A stretch of DNA of 64,000 nucleotides, taken from contig CBDFLJ010000001.1 of assembly GCA_965248835.1 (NCBI GenBank), positions 128,001-192,000 on the forward strand. Reading direction: 5' to 3'. The notes below the pieces were generated by a model. It did not search any database, was not told where the DNA came from, and saw only the letters and a list, made by a program, of their open reading frames with translations. The stretch's first letter is position 1. Every line of letters starts with the position of its first letter. Both the position numbers and the translations under genes were made by a program. Source of the DNA: Alphaproteobacteria bacterium (lineage in GTDB: Bacteria; Pseudomonadota; Alphaproteobacteria; MPNO01). Below, in pieces: positions 19,411 to 30,336 of the stretch.

Positions 19411-20859
19411 GTGCTCGACTTTCGTCCGATCATCTTCGTCATGGGGATCCTGCTGACCACCCTGGCGCTGGCCATGTGCGTGCCGATGGCGGCCGATCTG
19501 GCCGACGGCAACCCCGACTGGACGGTCTTTGCCGGCTCGAGCGGGCTGACCCTGTTCATCGGCGTGGCCATGGTGCTGACCGCGCGCAGCCCGCGCTTTC
19601 AACTCAACATCCGCCAGGCGTTCCTGTTGACGACGGGGTCCTGGCTGGTGCTGACGATGTTCGCGGCCCTGCCGTTCACCTTCGCGTCGATCGGGCTGTC
19701 CTATACCGACGCCTTTTTCGAGGCGATGTCGGGCATCACGACCACCGGCTCGACGGTGATCACGGATCTGGATAGCGCGCCGGCCGGAATCCTTTTGTGG
19801 CGGGCGCTGCTGCAATGGCTGGGCGGCATCGGCATCATCGTTATGGCGGTCGCCGTCCTGCCGCTGCTGCAGATCGGCGGGATGCAGCTCTTCCGCACCG
19901 AGTCCTCGGACCGCTCGGACAAGGTGCTGCCCCGGGTCACCCAGATCGCCGCCGGTATCGGCCTGACCTATCTCGGCCTGACGGTTCTCTGCGCGCTGCT
20001 GCTGCTGGCCGTCGGCGTGACCGGCTTCGATGCCGTGGCGCACGCGATGACCACGATCGCAACCGGTGGCTTCTCGACCTCCGATGCCTCGGTCGCGGTG
20101 TTCGCCAACCCGACCGCGGAGGTGATCATCACCGTGTTCATGCTGTGCGGCGCGCTGCCTTTCGTCCTTTACCTCCAGGCGGTGCGCGGCGATTTGGGCG
20201 CGATCGCGCGCGACAGCCAGGTCCGCACCTTCATCGCGATCGTCGTGTGCGTGGTCGTCGCGATGACGCTCTGGCGGGTGCTTGCCGCCGGGGTGCCGGT
20301 GCTCCAGGCGCTGCGCCAGGTCGCCTTCAACGTGGTTTCGATCATCACCGGCACCGGCTATGCCACGGCCGATTACGACGGCTGGGGCAACTTCGCGATC
20401 GCGGTGTTCTTTTTCATCATGTTCATCGGCGGCTGCGCCGGGTCGACGACATGCGGGATCAAGGTCTTCCGGTTCCAGGTCCTCTATGTGACCGCCGAAG
20501 CGCAGATCCACCGCCTGATCCAACCCCACGGCGTGTTCGTGCCCCATTTCAACCAGCGCCCGATCGAGCACGACGTGGCAAGCTCGGTGATGAGCTTCTT
20601 CTTCCTGTTCGCCGCCAGCTACGCGGTGCTGGCGCTGCTGCTCGGCGCGCTCGGGCTCGACTTCGTCACCGCGATGTCGGGCGCGGCGACCGCGATCTGC
20701 AATGTCGGCCCTGCGCTGGGCCCGGTCATCGGACCGAGCGGCACCTTCGCGCCGCTGCCCGATGCTGCCAAGTGGGTGCTGTCGGCCGGCATGCTGCTCG
20801 GCCGGCTGGAGCTGTTCACCGTCCTGGTCCTGCTGACCCCGTCATTCTGGAGAGGCTAG
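19411..20859 (+). CDS. trkH: TrkH potassium uptake permease
   Basis: FFEAMSGITTTG, QWLGGIG, IATGGFS, GGCAGST, GRLE. Confidence 0.95.
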   Translation: MLDFRPIIFVMGILLTTLALAMCVPMAADLADGNPDWTVFAGSSGLTLFIGVAMVLTARSPRFQLNIRQAFLLTTGSWLVLTMFAALPFTFASIGLSYTDAFFEAMSGITTTGSTVITDLDSAPAGILLWRALLQWLGGIGIIVMAVAVLPLLQIGGMQLFRTESSDRSDKVLPRVTQIAAGIGLTYLGLTVLCALLLLAVGVTGFDAVAHAMTTIATGGFSTSDASVAVFANPTAEVIITVFMLCGALPFVLYLQAVRGDLGAIARDSQVRTFIAIVVCVVVAMTLWRVLAAGVPVLQALRQVAFNVVSIITGTGYATADYDGWGNFAIAVFFFIMFIGGCAGSTTCGIKVFRFQVLYVTAEAQIHRLIQPHGVFVPHFNQRPIEHDVASSVMSFFFLFAASYAVLALLLGALGLDFVTAMSGAATAICNVGPALGPVIGPSGTFAPLPDAAKWVLSAGMLLGRLELFTVLVLLTPSFWRG

Positions 20860-20969
20860 GGAAACCACGCGAACGATCGATTCGCAGGTGCGTTTTCCGA
20901 GCCATGGTCCATTCGTGGCACAAGACACCGCCGTCATCCTTCGCGCGGCGACCCTCGGCGGGCGTCGTC

Positions 20970-21120
20970 TGAATTTGTGAAGGAAAAGGACCTTCCGAAG
21001 GTCGCTTGGTCGGCGCCCGCATGAGGGGTCGTCGGAGATTGCAGGATCCGACAAGCCGAGGAGTTCGACGCAGGAGTACCGGCTAACGGAGAAAGGGCGG
21101 GTCGCCATCACGCTTATCGC
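20970..21120 (+). pseudogene. Relic of the C-terminal winged-helix tail found in Fic/RecG-like proteins
   Basis: SDKPRSSTQEYRLTEKGR at ~21047-21100 resembles the PDKPRSSKQxYRLTEKG tail; no intact ORF. Confidence 0.55.
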
Positions 21121-21122
21121 GC

Positions 21123-21171
21123 AATTGGGCTCGGGGTCCATTTTCCCGAAAAATGGACCCCGAGCCCAATT
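21123..21171. repeat. Perfect 22-bp inverted repeat just 3' of tRNA-Glu (REP/REPIN-like or bidirectional terminator)
   Basis: AATTGGGCTCGGGGTCCATTTT-CCCGA-AAAATGGACCCCGAGCCCAATT. Confidence 0.85.
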
Positions 21172-21176
21172 ACCGG

Positions 21177-21252
21177 TGGCGTCCCCTAGGGGACTCGAAC
21201 CCCTGTTTTCGGCGTGAGAGGCCGATGTCCTAGGCCACTAGACGAAGGGGAC
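21177..21252 (-). tRNA. tRNA-Glu (anticodon CTC)
   Basis: GTCCCCTTCGTCTAGTGGCCTAGGACATCGGCCT-CTC-ACGCCGAAAACAGGGGTTCGAGTCCCCTAGGGGACGCCA; 76 nt with encoded CCA. Confidence 0.97.
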
Positions 21253-21294
21253 ATCGTGGCGTTCGGCCAGTCTTAGCGCGGTCTGTCGCAAGGA

Positions 21295-21609
21295 TCAAGG
21301 GTGGCGCGCCGGGGCGGGTTGCCTGGCGGTCTCGATCGGGAAGGTCCCGATCCGCCGGCCATGGGCGAGGTCGTAGACGTGGATCGCCATCGTGCCGTCG
21401 GGCAGGCGCAGCCTGAGGGCGATGCGCTCACCCTCGAGGTCGGTCTCGAGGATTTCCGCACCGGCGGGGATAACCAGCGGCCCCGCGGTCCCGGCCGGTC
21501 CGGCCGGCTCGCTTGTGCCGACACGGGTGGCGATGGTGACCGCGACGACGGCGAGGCCGGCGATGATCAGCACCCCCATGCCGATGACGAGAGCCTTGAG
21601 CGCTCCCAC
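21295..21609 (-). CDS. Small single-TM membrane protein divergent from rluD
   Basis: ALKALVIGMGVLIIAG transmembrane start. Confidence 0.75.
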   Translation of the reverse strand: MGALKALVIGMGVLIIAGLAVVAVTIATRVGTSEPAGPAGTAGPLVIPAGAEILETDLEGERIALRLRLPDGTMAIHVYDLAHGRRIGTFPIETARQPAPARHP

Positions 21610-21630
21610 CGATTGTGCTCACTCTCTCCT

Positions 21631-22647
21631 ATGGAAGACCGATCGGACGACCCCGGCCGCGACCGCCGCCACCTTGTCCCGGCGCCCTGCGGTGCCGCCG
21701 GCGCCCGGCTGGACCGGGTCTTGGCCGGCGCGCTGCCGTCGCTGTCCCGGACCCGGCTGAAGGCGCTGATCGAGGCCGGGCATGTCAGCCTCACCGCCGC
21801 TGCGAACAGCGACGCGCGGACGATAAGCGAGCCGTCCCATCGGGTCAAATCCGGTCAAATTTTCGCCGTTTTCGTGCCCGAGACTGTTCCGCCCGAGCCG
21901 GCGGGCGAGGCGATCCCGCTGGCCATCGTTCATGAGGACGAGCATTTGGTGGTGGTGGATAAGCAAGCCGGTCTGGTCGTCCATCCGGCGCCCGGCAACG
22001 CGACGGGAACGCTGGTCAACGCGCTCATCGCCCATTGCGGGGCGGACCTGTCGGGGATCGGCGGCGTGCGCCGGCCGGGGATCGTCCACCGGCTGGACAA
22101 GCTCACCAGCGGGCTGATGGTGATCGCCAAGACCGACGGCAGCCACGCGTCTTTGGCGGCCCAGTTCAAGGCGCGCACCATCGAGCGCGCCTATACCGCT
22201 CTGGTCTGGGGCCGCCCGCGCCAGGCCCAGGGCACGATCGAGGCCAATATCGGGCGCAGCCCGCGCAACCGCAAGAAGATGGCGGTGCTGGCTCGCGGCG
22301 GACGCCCGGCGCTGACCCGCTGGCGGCGGTTGCGCGCGCCGGGCCGTGCGGCCAGCGTGCTCGAATGCAGGCTCGCGACGGGAAGGACCCACCAGATTCG
22401 TGTCCATCTCGCGCATCTGGGCCTGCCGGTGATCGGCGATGCGACCTATGGCGGCGGGTTGACGCCGGCCCGGCGCGCCCTGATCGGCGACGATGACGGC
22501 TTGCGCATGCTGGCGACGCTGGGAAGACAGGCGCTGCATGCCCACCATCTGGGCTTCATCCACCCGGTGACCGGCCGCAGGATGCAATTTGATGCCGATA
22601 TACCTTTTGAATTGAAAGAATTAGAGAATGTTCTGGACAAGGTGTAG
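21631..22647 (+). CDS. rluD: RluA-family 23S rRNA pseudouridine synthase
   Basis: S4-like RLDRVL..SRTRL, VVHPAPG, GIVHRLDK.TSG, TGRTHQIRVH, RQALHA. Confidence 0.93.
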   Translation: MEDRSDDPGRDRRHLVPAPCGAAGARLDRVLAGALPSLSRTRLKALIEAGHVSLTAAANSDARTISEPSHRVKSGQIFAVFVPETVPPEPAGEAIPLAIVHEDEHLVVVDKQAGLVVHPAPGNATGTLVNALIAHCGADLSGIGGVRRPGIVHRLDKLTSGLMVIAKTDGSHASLAAQFKARTIERAYTALVWGRPRQAQGTIEANIGRSPRNRKKMAVLARGGRPALTRWRRLRAPGRAASVLECRLATGRTHQIRVHLAHLGLPVIGDATYGGGLTPARRALIGDDDGLRMLATLGRQALHAHHLGFIHPVTGRRMQFDADIPFELKELENVLDKV

Positions 22648-22767
22648 AAAGGTGGGCGGCGCCATACCATCTCCTGCTTCAGGTGAGTGTCGGTGGAGGG
22701 TTCGCATCCGCAAACTCCCGGCGGGGAGCGCGAGATGAGCCGGAGCGACCCGAAAAAGGATGCGCCT

Positions 22768-23655
22768 ATGACCGCGAGCCTGCCCAGCGTCCCGCAGCTC
22801 GACCCGCAGAGCAACCTGTCGCGCTACCTGCAGGACATCCGCAAGTTCCCGCTGCTGGAGCCGGACGAGGAGTTCATGCTGGCCAAGCGCTGGCGTGAGC
22901 ATGGCGACACCGAGGCGGCGCACCGGCTGGTGACCAGCCATCTGCGCCTGGTCGCCAAGATCGCCATCGGCTACCGCGGCTACGGCCTGCCGATGGGTGA
23001 GCTGATCTCCGAGGGCAATGTCGGCATGATGCAGGCCGTCAAGCGCTTCGACCCCGACCGGGGCTTCCGCCTGGCGACCTATGCGATGTGGTGGATCCGG
23101 GCGGCGATCCAGGAGTATGTCCTGCATTCCTGGTCTCTGGTGAAGATCGGCACCACCGCGGCCCAAAAGAAGCTGTTCTTCAACCTGCGCCGCATCAAGG
23201 GTGAGATCCAGGCGATCGAGGAAGGCGACCTCGACCCGGACAACGTCACCCTGATCGCTCAGCGGCTCAACGTCTCCGAAGACGATGTCGTCCAGATGAA
23301 CCGGCGCATGGCCGCGCCCGACAACTCGCTCAACGCGCCCTTGCGAGCCGACGGCGACGGCGAGTGGCTGGACTGGCTGGTCGACGATTCCGACTCCCAG
23401 GAGACGAAGCTGGCCGAGGCCGAGGAGTTGGAGCGCCGGCGCGAGCTCCTTGGCAAGGCGCTGCAGCAGCTCAACGAACGTGAGCGGCGGATCCTGACGA
23501 TGCGCCGGCTGAGCGAGGAGCCGGCGACGCTGGAGGCGCTTAGCGGCGAGTTCGGCGTCTCGCGCGAGCGAATCCGCCAAATCGAGGTGCGCGCCTTCGA
23601 GAAGATCCAAAAGGCGATCCGCGCCGCGGCCATCGAGCAGCGGCTGCCGACCTAG
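22768..23655 (+). CDS. rpoH: RNA polymerase sigma-32
   Basis: RpoH box TTAAQKKLFFNLRR, LATYAMWWIRA, SRERIRQIE; AAAAGGA RBS. Confidence 0.95.
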   Translation: MTASLPSVPQLDPQSNLSRYLQDIRKFPLLEPDEEFMLAKRWREHGDTEAAHRLVTSHLRLVAKIAIGYRGYGLPMGELISEGNVGMMQAVKRFDPDRGFRLATYAMWWIRAAIQEYVLHSWSLVKIGTTAAQKKLFFNLRRIKGEIQAIEEGDLDPDNVTLIAQRLNVSEDDVVQMNRRMAAPDNSLNAPLRADGDGEWLDWLVDDSDSQETKLAEAEELERRRELLGKALQQLNERERRILTMRRLSEEPATLEALSGEFGVSRERIRQIEVRAFEKIQKAIRAAAIEQRLPT

Positions 23656-23714
23656 CGCCTGTCCGCCTGGACGGATGCGGTCCGGGTTCGACAAGGCTGC
23701 GATCATGTCCCCTC

Positions 23715-25007
23715 TCAGGTGGCGAAGGGATCGCGCACCATGATCGTGTCCTCCCGCTCCGGGCTGGTCGACAGCAGCGCCACCGGCGCCTCGATCAGCT
23801 CTTCGATGCGCCGGATATACTTGACCGCGGTTGCCGGAAGCTCCGCCCAGCTCCGCGCCCCGAAAGTGCTGTCCGTCCAGCCTTCGAGTCTCTCGTAGAC
23901 CGGCTTCAGCGCCGCCTGGTCGCGGCCCAACGCCGGCAGATGGCCAAGCCGGCCTTCCGGGCCGTCATAGGCGGTGCACACCATCAGCGATTGGATCCCG
24001 TCGAGCACGTCGAGCTTGGTCAGCGCGATTCCGTCGATCCCCGCGATCTTGATCGCCTGGCGGACCATTACCGCGTCGAACCAGCCGCAGCGGCGCCTGC
24101 GCCCGGTCACGGTACCGAACTCGCGGCCGCGCTCTCCCAGCGTACGGCCGATCTCGTTGTCCTGCTCGGTGGGGAAAGGCCCGCTGCCGACACGCGTGGT
24201 GTAGGCCTTGGTGATGCCCAGCACATAGCCGATCGAGCGGGCGCCGATGCCGCTGCCGGCCGCAGCCTGGCCGGCCAGCGTGTTGGACGAGGTCACGTAA
24301 GGGTAGGTGCCGTGATCGAGGTCGAGCATCGCACCCTGGGCGCCTTCGAACAGGATCCGCTTGCCGGCGCGGCGGGCCTGGTCGAGCCGCTGCCAGACCG
24401 GTGCGGCATAGGGCAGGATGCGGGGTGCGATCTCGAGCAGCGGATCGAGCACGTCGGCCCGGCCGAGCTGATCGGCGCCCAGACCGCGGAGCAGGGCGTT
24501 GTGGTGGGTGAGCAGATTTTCCACCCGCTCGACCAGCCCCTCCGTGTCGGCAAGGTCGCACACCCGGATGGCGCGGCGGGCGGCTTTGTCCTCGTAGGCC
24601 GGTCCGATCCCCCGCCCGGTGGTGCCGATCCGGTTGCGGCCTCGCGCGGCCTCGCGCGCGCGGTCGACCAGCGGGTGCATGGGCAGGATCAGGCAGGCGT
24701 TGTCGGCCACGCACAGATTTTCCGGCGTGATGTCCACCCCCATCGCACCGATCGTGTCGATCTCCTCCAGCAGCGCCCACGGATCGACCACAACGCCGTT
24801 GCCGATCACCGAGAGCTTGTTCTGGCGCACCACGCCGGAGGGCAGCAGGCTGAGCTTGTATGTCTTGCCGTCGATCACCAGCGTGTGGCCGGCATTGTGG
24901 CCGCCTTGAAACCGCACCACCACGTCGGCGCGCTGCGACAGCCAGTCGACGATCTTGCCCTTTCCTTCGTCGCCCCACTGGGCGCCGACCACGGTGACGT
25001 TACCCAT
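23715..25007 (-). CDS. purA: Adenylosuccinate synthetase
   Basis: [33 protein letters not shown]. Confidence 0.98.
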   Translation of the reverse strand: MGNVTVVGAQWGDEGKGKIVDWLSQRADVVVRFQGGHNAGHTLVIDGKTYKLSLLPSGVVRQNKLSVIGNGVVVDPWALLEEIDTIGAMGVDITPENLCVADNACLILPMHPLVDRAREAARGRNRIGTTGRGIGPAYEDKAARRAIRVCDLADTEGLVERVENLLTHHNALLRGLGADQLGRADVLDPLLEIAPRILPYAAPVWQRLDQARRAGKRILFEGAQGAMLDLDHGTYPYVTSSNTLAGQAAAGSGIGARSIGYVLGITKAYTTRVGSGPFPTEQDNEIGRTLGERGREFGTVTGRRRRCGWFDAVMVRQAIKIAGIDGIALTKLDVLDGIQSLMVCTAYDGPEGRLGHLPALGRDQAALKPVYERLEGWTDSTFGARSWAELPATAVKYIRRIEELIEAPVALLSTSPEREDTIMVRDPFAT

Positions 25008-25019
25008 CTGCGCCCCCGG

Positions 25020-26177
25020 TCATGGAACCGGTCGGACTCTGCCGGCCTCGAACAGGTGGCTGCAGCCGAGCCGCGCGGCCTCCGAACCCGAATCCGCCTC
25101 CGTCAGCCCGGCGAGCGTGACCCAGCCTTCGGCGCGCAGTGCGCGGCCGATCTTCGGTGCGGTGCCCACGGGCAGATAGACCCGCTGGCCGGCGCCGGGC
25201 TCGGCAAGCACCCGAAGGATCGTATCGACGTAATGGGTGATCCCGGTCGCCGGCTCGGCGGTCGTCTCGTCCGCGCCGTTGGCGCCGGCCAGGTAGCGCC
25301 CGCCGCTGGCGAGCTCGCCGCGCACGTCCCGCGGAAAGATCGTGAAGCAGATCCCGGTATGGTATTCGAACCCCCGGTTCTCCACCGGATCGGCGGTCAG
25401 GATGAGCTGGGGTGCCGCGGCACGGATCTCCGCAACCACCGTGGCCAGGCGCTCGCGCTCGCGCGCTGCGGCGTCAGGCAAATCGAGCCTGCGCAGGCAC
25501 TCCAGGCAGCGCTCGGCCGTGCCGCAGGCTGCCAGCACGTCGCACAGGACCCCGGCCAGCGGGCCGGCATGGGCGGCAATCGCCGCGGCGTCCTTGTGGT
25601 CCAACGCCTCGCGCAGGTCGCGGTTGTGCTCCAGCGCCAGACCGTTTGCCGCGCAAAGCGCCGGAACCAGGGGGGGCAGGGTCAGATCTACCGTGATGTC
25701 GGCAACGCCGACCGCTGCCAGCGCTTCGGCGGCGAGCACGATCAGCTCCGCGTCCGCGCGCGCGGACGCGGAGCCGATCAATTCCATCCCCACCTGGGCG
25801 AACTGGCGTTCGGGGCGGAGCTGGGTGCCGGTTACTCTCAGGACTTCACCGGCGTAGCACAGCCGGACAGGACGCGGCAGATCACCCAGGCGGGTGGCCG
25901 CGATGCGGGCGATCTGCGGGGTGATGTCGGACCTGAACCCCATCATGCGCTGGGACAGCGGATCCATCAGGCGGAAGGTTTCCGCGGCCATCGCCGCCCC
26001 GGCACCGCTCAGCAGGCTGTCCTCGAATTCGACCAGCGGCGCCTTGACGCGGTCGTATCCGTTGGCGGCGAAATGGGCGATCAGCCGTTCGACGACCTCT
26101 GCCTCCTGTGCCGCGTGCGGCGGCAGGAGGTCCCGCAGTCCGGCCGGAAGCAGCGCCTTGCGTTCCAGATCGGTCAT
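25020..26177 (-). CDS. hisZ: ATP phosphoribosyltransferase regulatory subunit
   Basis: LLPAGLRDLLP, RSDITPQIARIA, RQFAQVGMEL, EYHTG, GGRY. Confidence 0.92.
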   Translation of the reverse strand: MTDLERKALLPAGLRDLLPPHAAQEAEVVERLIAHFAANGYDRVKAPLVEFEDSLLSGAGAAMAAETFRLMDPLSQRMMGFRSDITPQIARIAATRLGDLPRPVRLCYAGEVLRVTGTQLRPERQFAQVGMELIGSASARADAELIVLAAEALAAVGVADITVDLTLPPLVPALCAANGLALEHNRDLREALDHKDAAAIAAHAGPLAGVLCDVLAACGTAERCLECLRRLDLPDAAARERERLATVVAEIRAAAPQLILTADPVENRGFEYHTGICFTIFPRDVRGELASGGRYLAGANGADETTAEPATGITHYVDTILRVLAEPGAGQRVYLPVGTAPKIGRALRAEGWVTLAGLTEADSGSEAARLGCSHLFEAGRVRPVP

Positions 26178-26196
26178 CGCGCGCGTCCCGGCGGCC

Positions 26197-27774
26197 TCAG
26201 AACCTAAGCGCGCGGGCCTGGACGACGCCCGGCAACGCGCGGACCTCGGCCAGGACCTCCAGCGGAATCGCGCCGTCCAGGGCCAACAGCGCGACCGCGT
26301 CGCCGCCCGGCCCGCTGCGGCCAAGGTGAAAGGTCGCGATATTGACCCCGGCGTCGGCGAGCGTCGAGCCCAGCCGGCCGATATAGCCCGGCTCGTCGCG
26401 GTTGACCGTGAACAGCATATGCGGACACAGCTCGGCTTCCAGCGGGATGCCGTTCAGCTCGATGATCCTGGGTTTGTTGGCCGCGAACAGCGTTCCCGAC
26501 ACCGACCGGGTGCGGCGCTCGGTCGTCGCGGTCAGGCGGACCAGCGACTGATAGTCCGAGCGGCGGTCGTGCTTTGCCTCGGTGACGCGGATATTGCGCT
26601 CGCGCGCCAGGACCGGTGCGTTGACGAAGTTGACCGAGTCCAGGATGGGCGAGAGAAGCCCGTGCAGCAGCGAGGTCGATATCGGCTGGGTGTTGAGCCC
26701 GGCGACGGCGCCCTCGTATTCGATGACGATCGTTCCAATGCTGGTCTCGGCGACCTGGCCGGCCAAGCTGCCGATCTGCATTGCGAGCTTCATATAGGGC
26801 GCGAGCTGGGTCGCTTCCTCGCTGCTGAGGGAGGGAACGTTGACGGCATTGACCACCGCCCCGTCGAGCAGATAGTCCGCCATCTGCTCGGCGACCTGCA
26901 CGGCGACCTTTTCCTGGGCCTCGATGGTCGAGGCGCCCAGATGCGGTGTCGCGATCACGGCGTCCAGGCCGAACAGCGCGTACGCGCCGGGCGGCTCCTC
27001 GGGGTAGACATCCACCGCGACGCCGCCGATAAGGCCGCTTGTGATGCCCTCGCGCATGGCCGCGGTATCGATCAGCTCACCGCGCGCGCAGTTTATGATC
27101 CGCATACCGGGCTTCATCGCCGCAATCGCCGCGCCGTCTATCATGCCCCGGGTCTCATCGGTCAACGGCGTGTGCAGGGTGATCACGTCGGCCCGCGCCA
27201 ACAGGGTCGCGAAATCGACCTTGTCGACGCCAAGCTGCTGGACGCGCTCCGGCGTCAGGAACGGGTCGAATGCGATGACCTTCATCTTCAGACCCCGCGC
27301 CCGGTCGGCCACGATCGAGCCGACATTGCCGCATCCGATGATGCCCAGGGTCTTGCCGGTGAGCTCCATGCCGACGAACTTCGAGCGCTCCCATTTCCGC
27401 GCCTGGGTGGAGCGGTCGGCGGCGGGAATCTGGCGGGCGAGCGCGAACATCATCGCGATCGCGTGCTCGGCCGTGGTCACCGCGTTGCCCAGCGGCGTGT
27501 TCATGACCACGATGCCGCGGGCCGAAGCTGCGTCGACATCGATGTTGTCGACGCCGATCCCGGCGCGCCCGATCACCTTGAGATTGGTCCCGGCCCGGAC
27601 CAGCGCATCGGTGACCTTGGTTGCGGAGCGCACCGCGAGCCCGTCATAGAGGTCGATCCGATCGAGCAGCGCCTGCGGCTCGATCCCGATCTCGACATCG
27701 ACCGCGATGCCGCGTTCCTTGAAGACCTCGACCGCCTGCTGGCTCAGTTTGTCCGATATGAGGACGCGGACCAT
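26197..27774 (-). CDS. serA: D-3-phosphoglycerate dehydrogenase
   Basis: GRAGIGVDNID, GCGNVG, INCARG, TPHLGAST, C-terminal ACT domain. Confidence 0.97.
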   Translation of the reverse strand: MVRVLISDKLSQQAVEVFKERGIAVDVEIGIEPQALLDRIDLYDGLAVRSATKVTDALVRAGTNLKVIGRAGIGVDNIDVDAASARGIVVMNTPLGNAVTTAEHAIAMMFALARQIPAADRSTQARKWERSKFVGMELTGKTLGIIGCGNVGSIVADRARGLKMKVIAFDPFLTPERVQQLGVDKVDFATLLARADVITLHTPLTDETRGMIDGAAIAAMKPGMRIINCARGELIDTAAMREGITSGLIGGVAVDVYPEEPPGAYALFGLDAVIATPHLGASTIEAQEKVAVQVAEQMADYLLDGAVVNAVNVPSLSSEEATQLAPYMKLAMQIGSLAGQVAETSIGTIVIEYEGAVAGLNTQPISTSLLHGLLSPILDSVNFVNAPVLARERNIRVTEAKHDRRSDYQSLVRLTATTERRTRSVSGTLFAANKPRIIELNGIPLEAELCPHMLFTVNRDEPGYIGRLGSTLADAGVNIATFHLGRSGPGGDAVALLALDGAIPLEVLAEVRALPGVVQARALRF

Positions 27775-27787
27775 TTCCGAACTCCGT

Positions 27788-28963
27788 TCACGCGGCCGCG
27801 GCCACGTCCTCCTTGACCACCGCATAGGCCCAGTCGAGCCAAGCCAACAGCGCTTCCAGGTCGGCCGTCTCCACCGTCGCGCCGGCCCACAACCGCAGCC
27901 CGGGCGGGGCCGCCCGGTATCCGTTGATGTCGTAGGCCACCGATTCGCGCTCGAGCAGCGCCTCGATCTTCCGCGGCACCGCGGCCTTCGCATCTCCGGA
28001 CAGCGCTTCGAACCAGGGATCGACGATCTTCAGGCAGACCGAGGTGGGCGAGCGCGTGGCGGGCACCGCGGCCAGGAACGCGATCCAGTCGGATTGCGCG
28101 ACCCAGATGGCGATCGCTTGCATATTGGTCCGGGTGCGCGCGATCAGAGTGTCGAGGCCGCCGATCTCCTCGGCCCATTTCAGACCGTCCAAGGCATCTT
28201 CGACGCACAGCAGGGAGGGCGTGTTGATCGTCTCGCCGCGGAAGATGCCCTCGATGAGCTCGCCCTTGGCGGTCAGCCGGAAGATTTTCGGCATCGGCCA
28301 CGGCGGGGTGTAGGACTCCAGCCTGGCGACCGCGCGCGGGGACAGGATCAACACGCCGTGGGCGGCCTCGCCGCCCATCACCTTCTGCCAGGAATAGGTC
28401 GCGACATCCAGGCGGTCCCAGGGCAGGTCCAGCGCGAAGACCGCAGAGGTCGCATCGCAGATCGCAAGCCCCTTGCGATCAACCGGGATCCAGTTGCCGT
28501 CGGGCACCCGGACCCCTGATGTGGTGCCGTTCCAAGTGAAGACCACGTCGCGCTCGAAATCGACCGACGACAGGTCGGGCAGCGCGCCGTACGCCGCGCC
28601 GATCACGCGGACATCGTCCAGGCGAAGCTGTTGGGCGATGTCCTCGACCCAGCCGGCGCCGAAGCTCTCCCACGCCAGCACGTCGATGCCGCGCGGGCCG
28701 AGCAGCGACCACAGCGCGATCTCGACCGCGCCGGTGTCCGATGCAGGAACGATGCCGATCCGGTAGCTCTCCGGCACCCGCAGGATCGCGCGGGTCCGAT
28801 CGATGACTTCCTTCAGCCGGGCCTTGCCGGGCCCCGACCGGTGCGATCGGCCGACCAGCGCCTCGGACAACGCCTGCGGCGACCAGCCGGGCCGCTTGGC
28901 GCACGGCCCGGAGGAGAAGCACGGGTTGCGTGGTCGAACGCTCGGCATGGCCGGTCGAGCCAT
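27788..28963 (-). CDS. serC: Phosphoserine aminotransferase
   Basis: [34 protein letters not shown]. Confidence 0.95.
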   Translation of the reverse strand: MARPAMPSVRPRNPCFSSGPCAKRPGWSPQALSEALVGRSHRSGPGKARLKEVIDRTRAILRVPESYRIGIVPASDTGAVEIALWSLLGPRGIDVLAWESFGAGWVEDIAQQLRLDDVRVIGAAYGALPDLSSVDFERDVVFTWNGTTSGVRVPDGNWIPVDRKGLAICDATSAVFALDLPWDRLDVATYSWQKVMGGEAAHGVLILSPRAVARLESYTPPWPMPKIFRLTAKGELIEGIFRGETINTPSLLCVEDALDGLKWAEEIGGLDTLIARTRTNMQAIAIWVAQSDWIAFLAAVPATRSPTSVCLKIVDPWFEALSGDAKAAVPRKIEALLERESVAYDINGYRAAPPGLRLWAGATVETADLEALLAWLDWAYAVVKEDVAAAA

Positions 28964-29182
28964 GATCTCTTCGTCCTCATCGGGGTTCGATGCGAAAATC
29001 CGGATCGCGCAATCGGCCGGCGGCTCCCCGAGCCCCGGCTTCGGCGACACCCTAGAAATCAAGCCGGGCATCGTCAATTGGCAAATGCGCCTTTGTTGTC
29101 AATAATTTCCGGTCGATTGGCCCGGCATGGAAGACGTGGTATTGCTCGGGCGCGAACACCGAAGCGGACGCGGGAGCCGGAC

Positions 29183-29875
29183 GTGACGATCACCCTCTAT
29201 GAGCTGTGCGGGCGCGACGACCGCAGGTTCAGCCCCTATTGCTGGCGGACCCGGCTGGCGCTCGCGCACAAGGGCCTCGACTACGAGACCGTGCCGGTGC
29301 GTTTCACGGCAAAGGAGGTCATCGCCTTCAGCAATCAGGACCGTGTGCCGGTAATTCGCGACGGCGAGACGGTGGTCAACGATTCCTGGTCGATCGCCTG
29401 CTACCTCGAGGACGCCTACCCCGACCGGCCGTCGCTGTTCGGGGGCGAGGACGGCCGTGCGATGACCCTGTTCTTCAACGCATGGACGGATTCCCAAATC
29501 AACTCCAGGATCGTCTCGCTGGTCGTCAGAGACGTCTACGAGCTGACCGATGAGGCCGACCGGGACTATTTCCTGGAGACGCGCGAGCAGCGCTTCGGCA
29601 TCAGCCTGGATGCGCTGCACGCGGCCCGGGACGAAACGCGCGCCGCGGTTCGGGCCGCTTTCGCGCCCGCCCGCACGGTGCTGGCCAGCCGCGCGTTCTT
29701 CGCCGGTGCCGCGCCGGGCTATGCCGACTACATCCTGATGGGGACGCTCCAATGGCTGCGTATGGTCAGCGGCTACCGGGTCCTCGAGCAGGATGATCCG
29801 ATCATCGCCTGGCGCGCGCGCATGTTCGATCAATTGGGCAAGGTCCTGCTGGACGCGCCGGCCTTCGATCCCTGA
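29183..29875 (+). CDS. Glutathione S-transferase (beta-etherase LigE-like N-terminus)
   Basis: LYELCG..RRFSPYCWRTRLALAHKGL, DSWSIACYLE. Confidence 0.88.
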   Translation: MTITLYELCGRDDRRFSPYCWRTRLALAHKGLDYETVPVRFTAKEVIAFSNQDRVPVIRDGETVVNDSWSIACYLEDAYPDRPSLFGGEDGRAMTLFFNAWTDSQINSRIVSLVVRDVYELTDEADRDYFLETREQRFGISLDALHAARDETRAAVRAAFAPARTVLASRAFFAGAAPGYADYILMGTLQWLRMVSGYRVLEQDDPIIAWRARMFDQLGKVLLDAPAFDP

Positions 29876-30000
29876 GGCGGCGCGTTTCTCGGCGGTGATA
29901 CCCGTCTACGCACACTCCCGCAGACTTGCCTGATCGCCATCGGGCTGGAGTCCACTCCGGCGGGCGGCGCAAGGGCGAGGCTCCACGTCCCGGTGTGATC

Positions 30001-30336
30001 TCAGAACAGCCGGCCGCCGTCGGGGACCTTCAAGTCGGTCCCGACCAGGCAGACCGCGCCGTTCTCGTCGGGAAAGCCGAGCACCAGGACCTCGGACATG
30101 AACGGCCCGATCTGCCTGGGCGGAAAGTTCACCACTGCCGCGACCTGCCGGCCGAGGAGGTCGGCCGGGGTGTAGTGCACGGTGAGCTGGGCGGACGAGC
30201 GCTGGAGCCCGACCTCCGGGCCGAAGTCGATGGTCAACTTGAGTGCCGGCTTGCGCGCCTCGGGGAACGAATCGACCGCGGTGACGGTTCCGATCCGGAT
30301 GTCGATTTTGGCGAAATCCTCGTAGTCGATGGGCAC
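30001..30336 (-). CDS. csaA: tRNA-binding protein / chaperone CsaA
   Basis: DIRIGT, SSAQLT, VVNFPPRQIG..SEVLVLG. Confidence 0.92.
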   Translation of the reverse strand: MPIDYEDFAKIDIRIGTVTAVDSFPEARKPALKLTIDFGPEVGLQRSSAQLTVHYTPADLLGRQVAAVVNFPPRQIGPFMSEVLVLGFPDENGAVCLVGTDLKVPDGGRLF

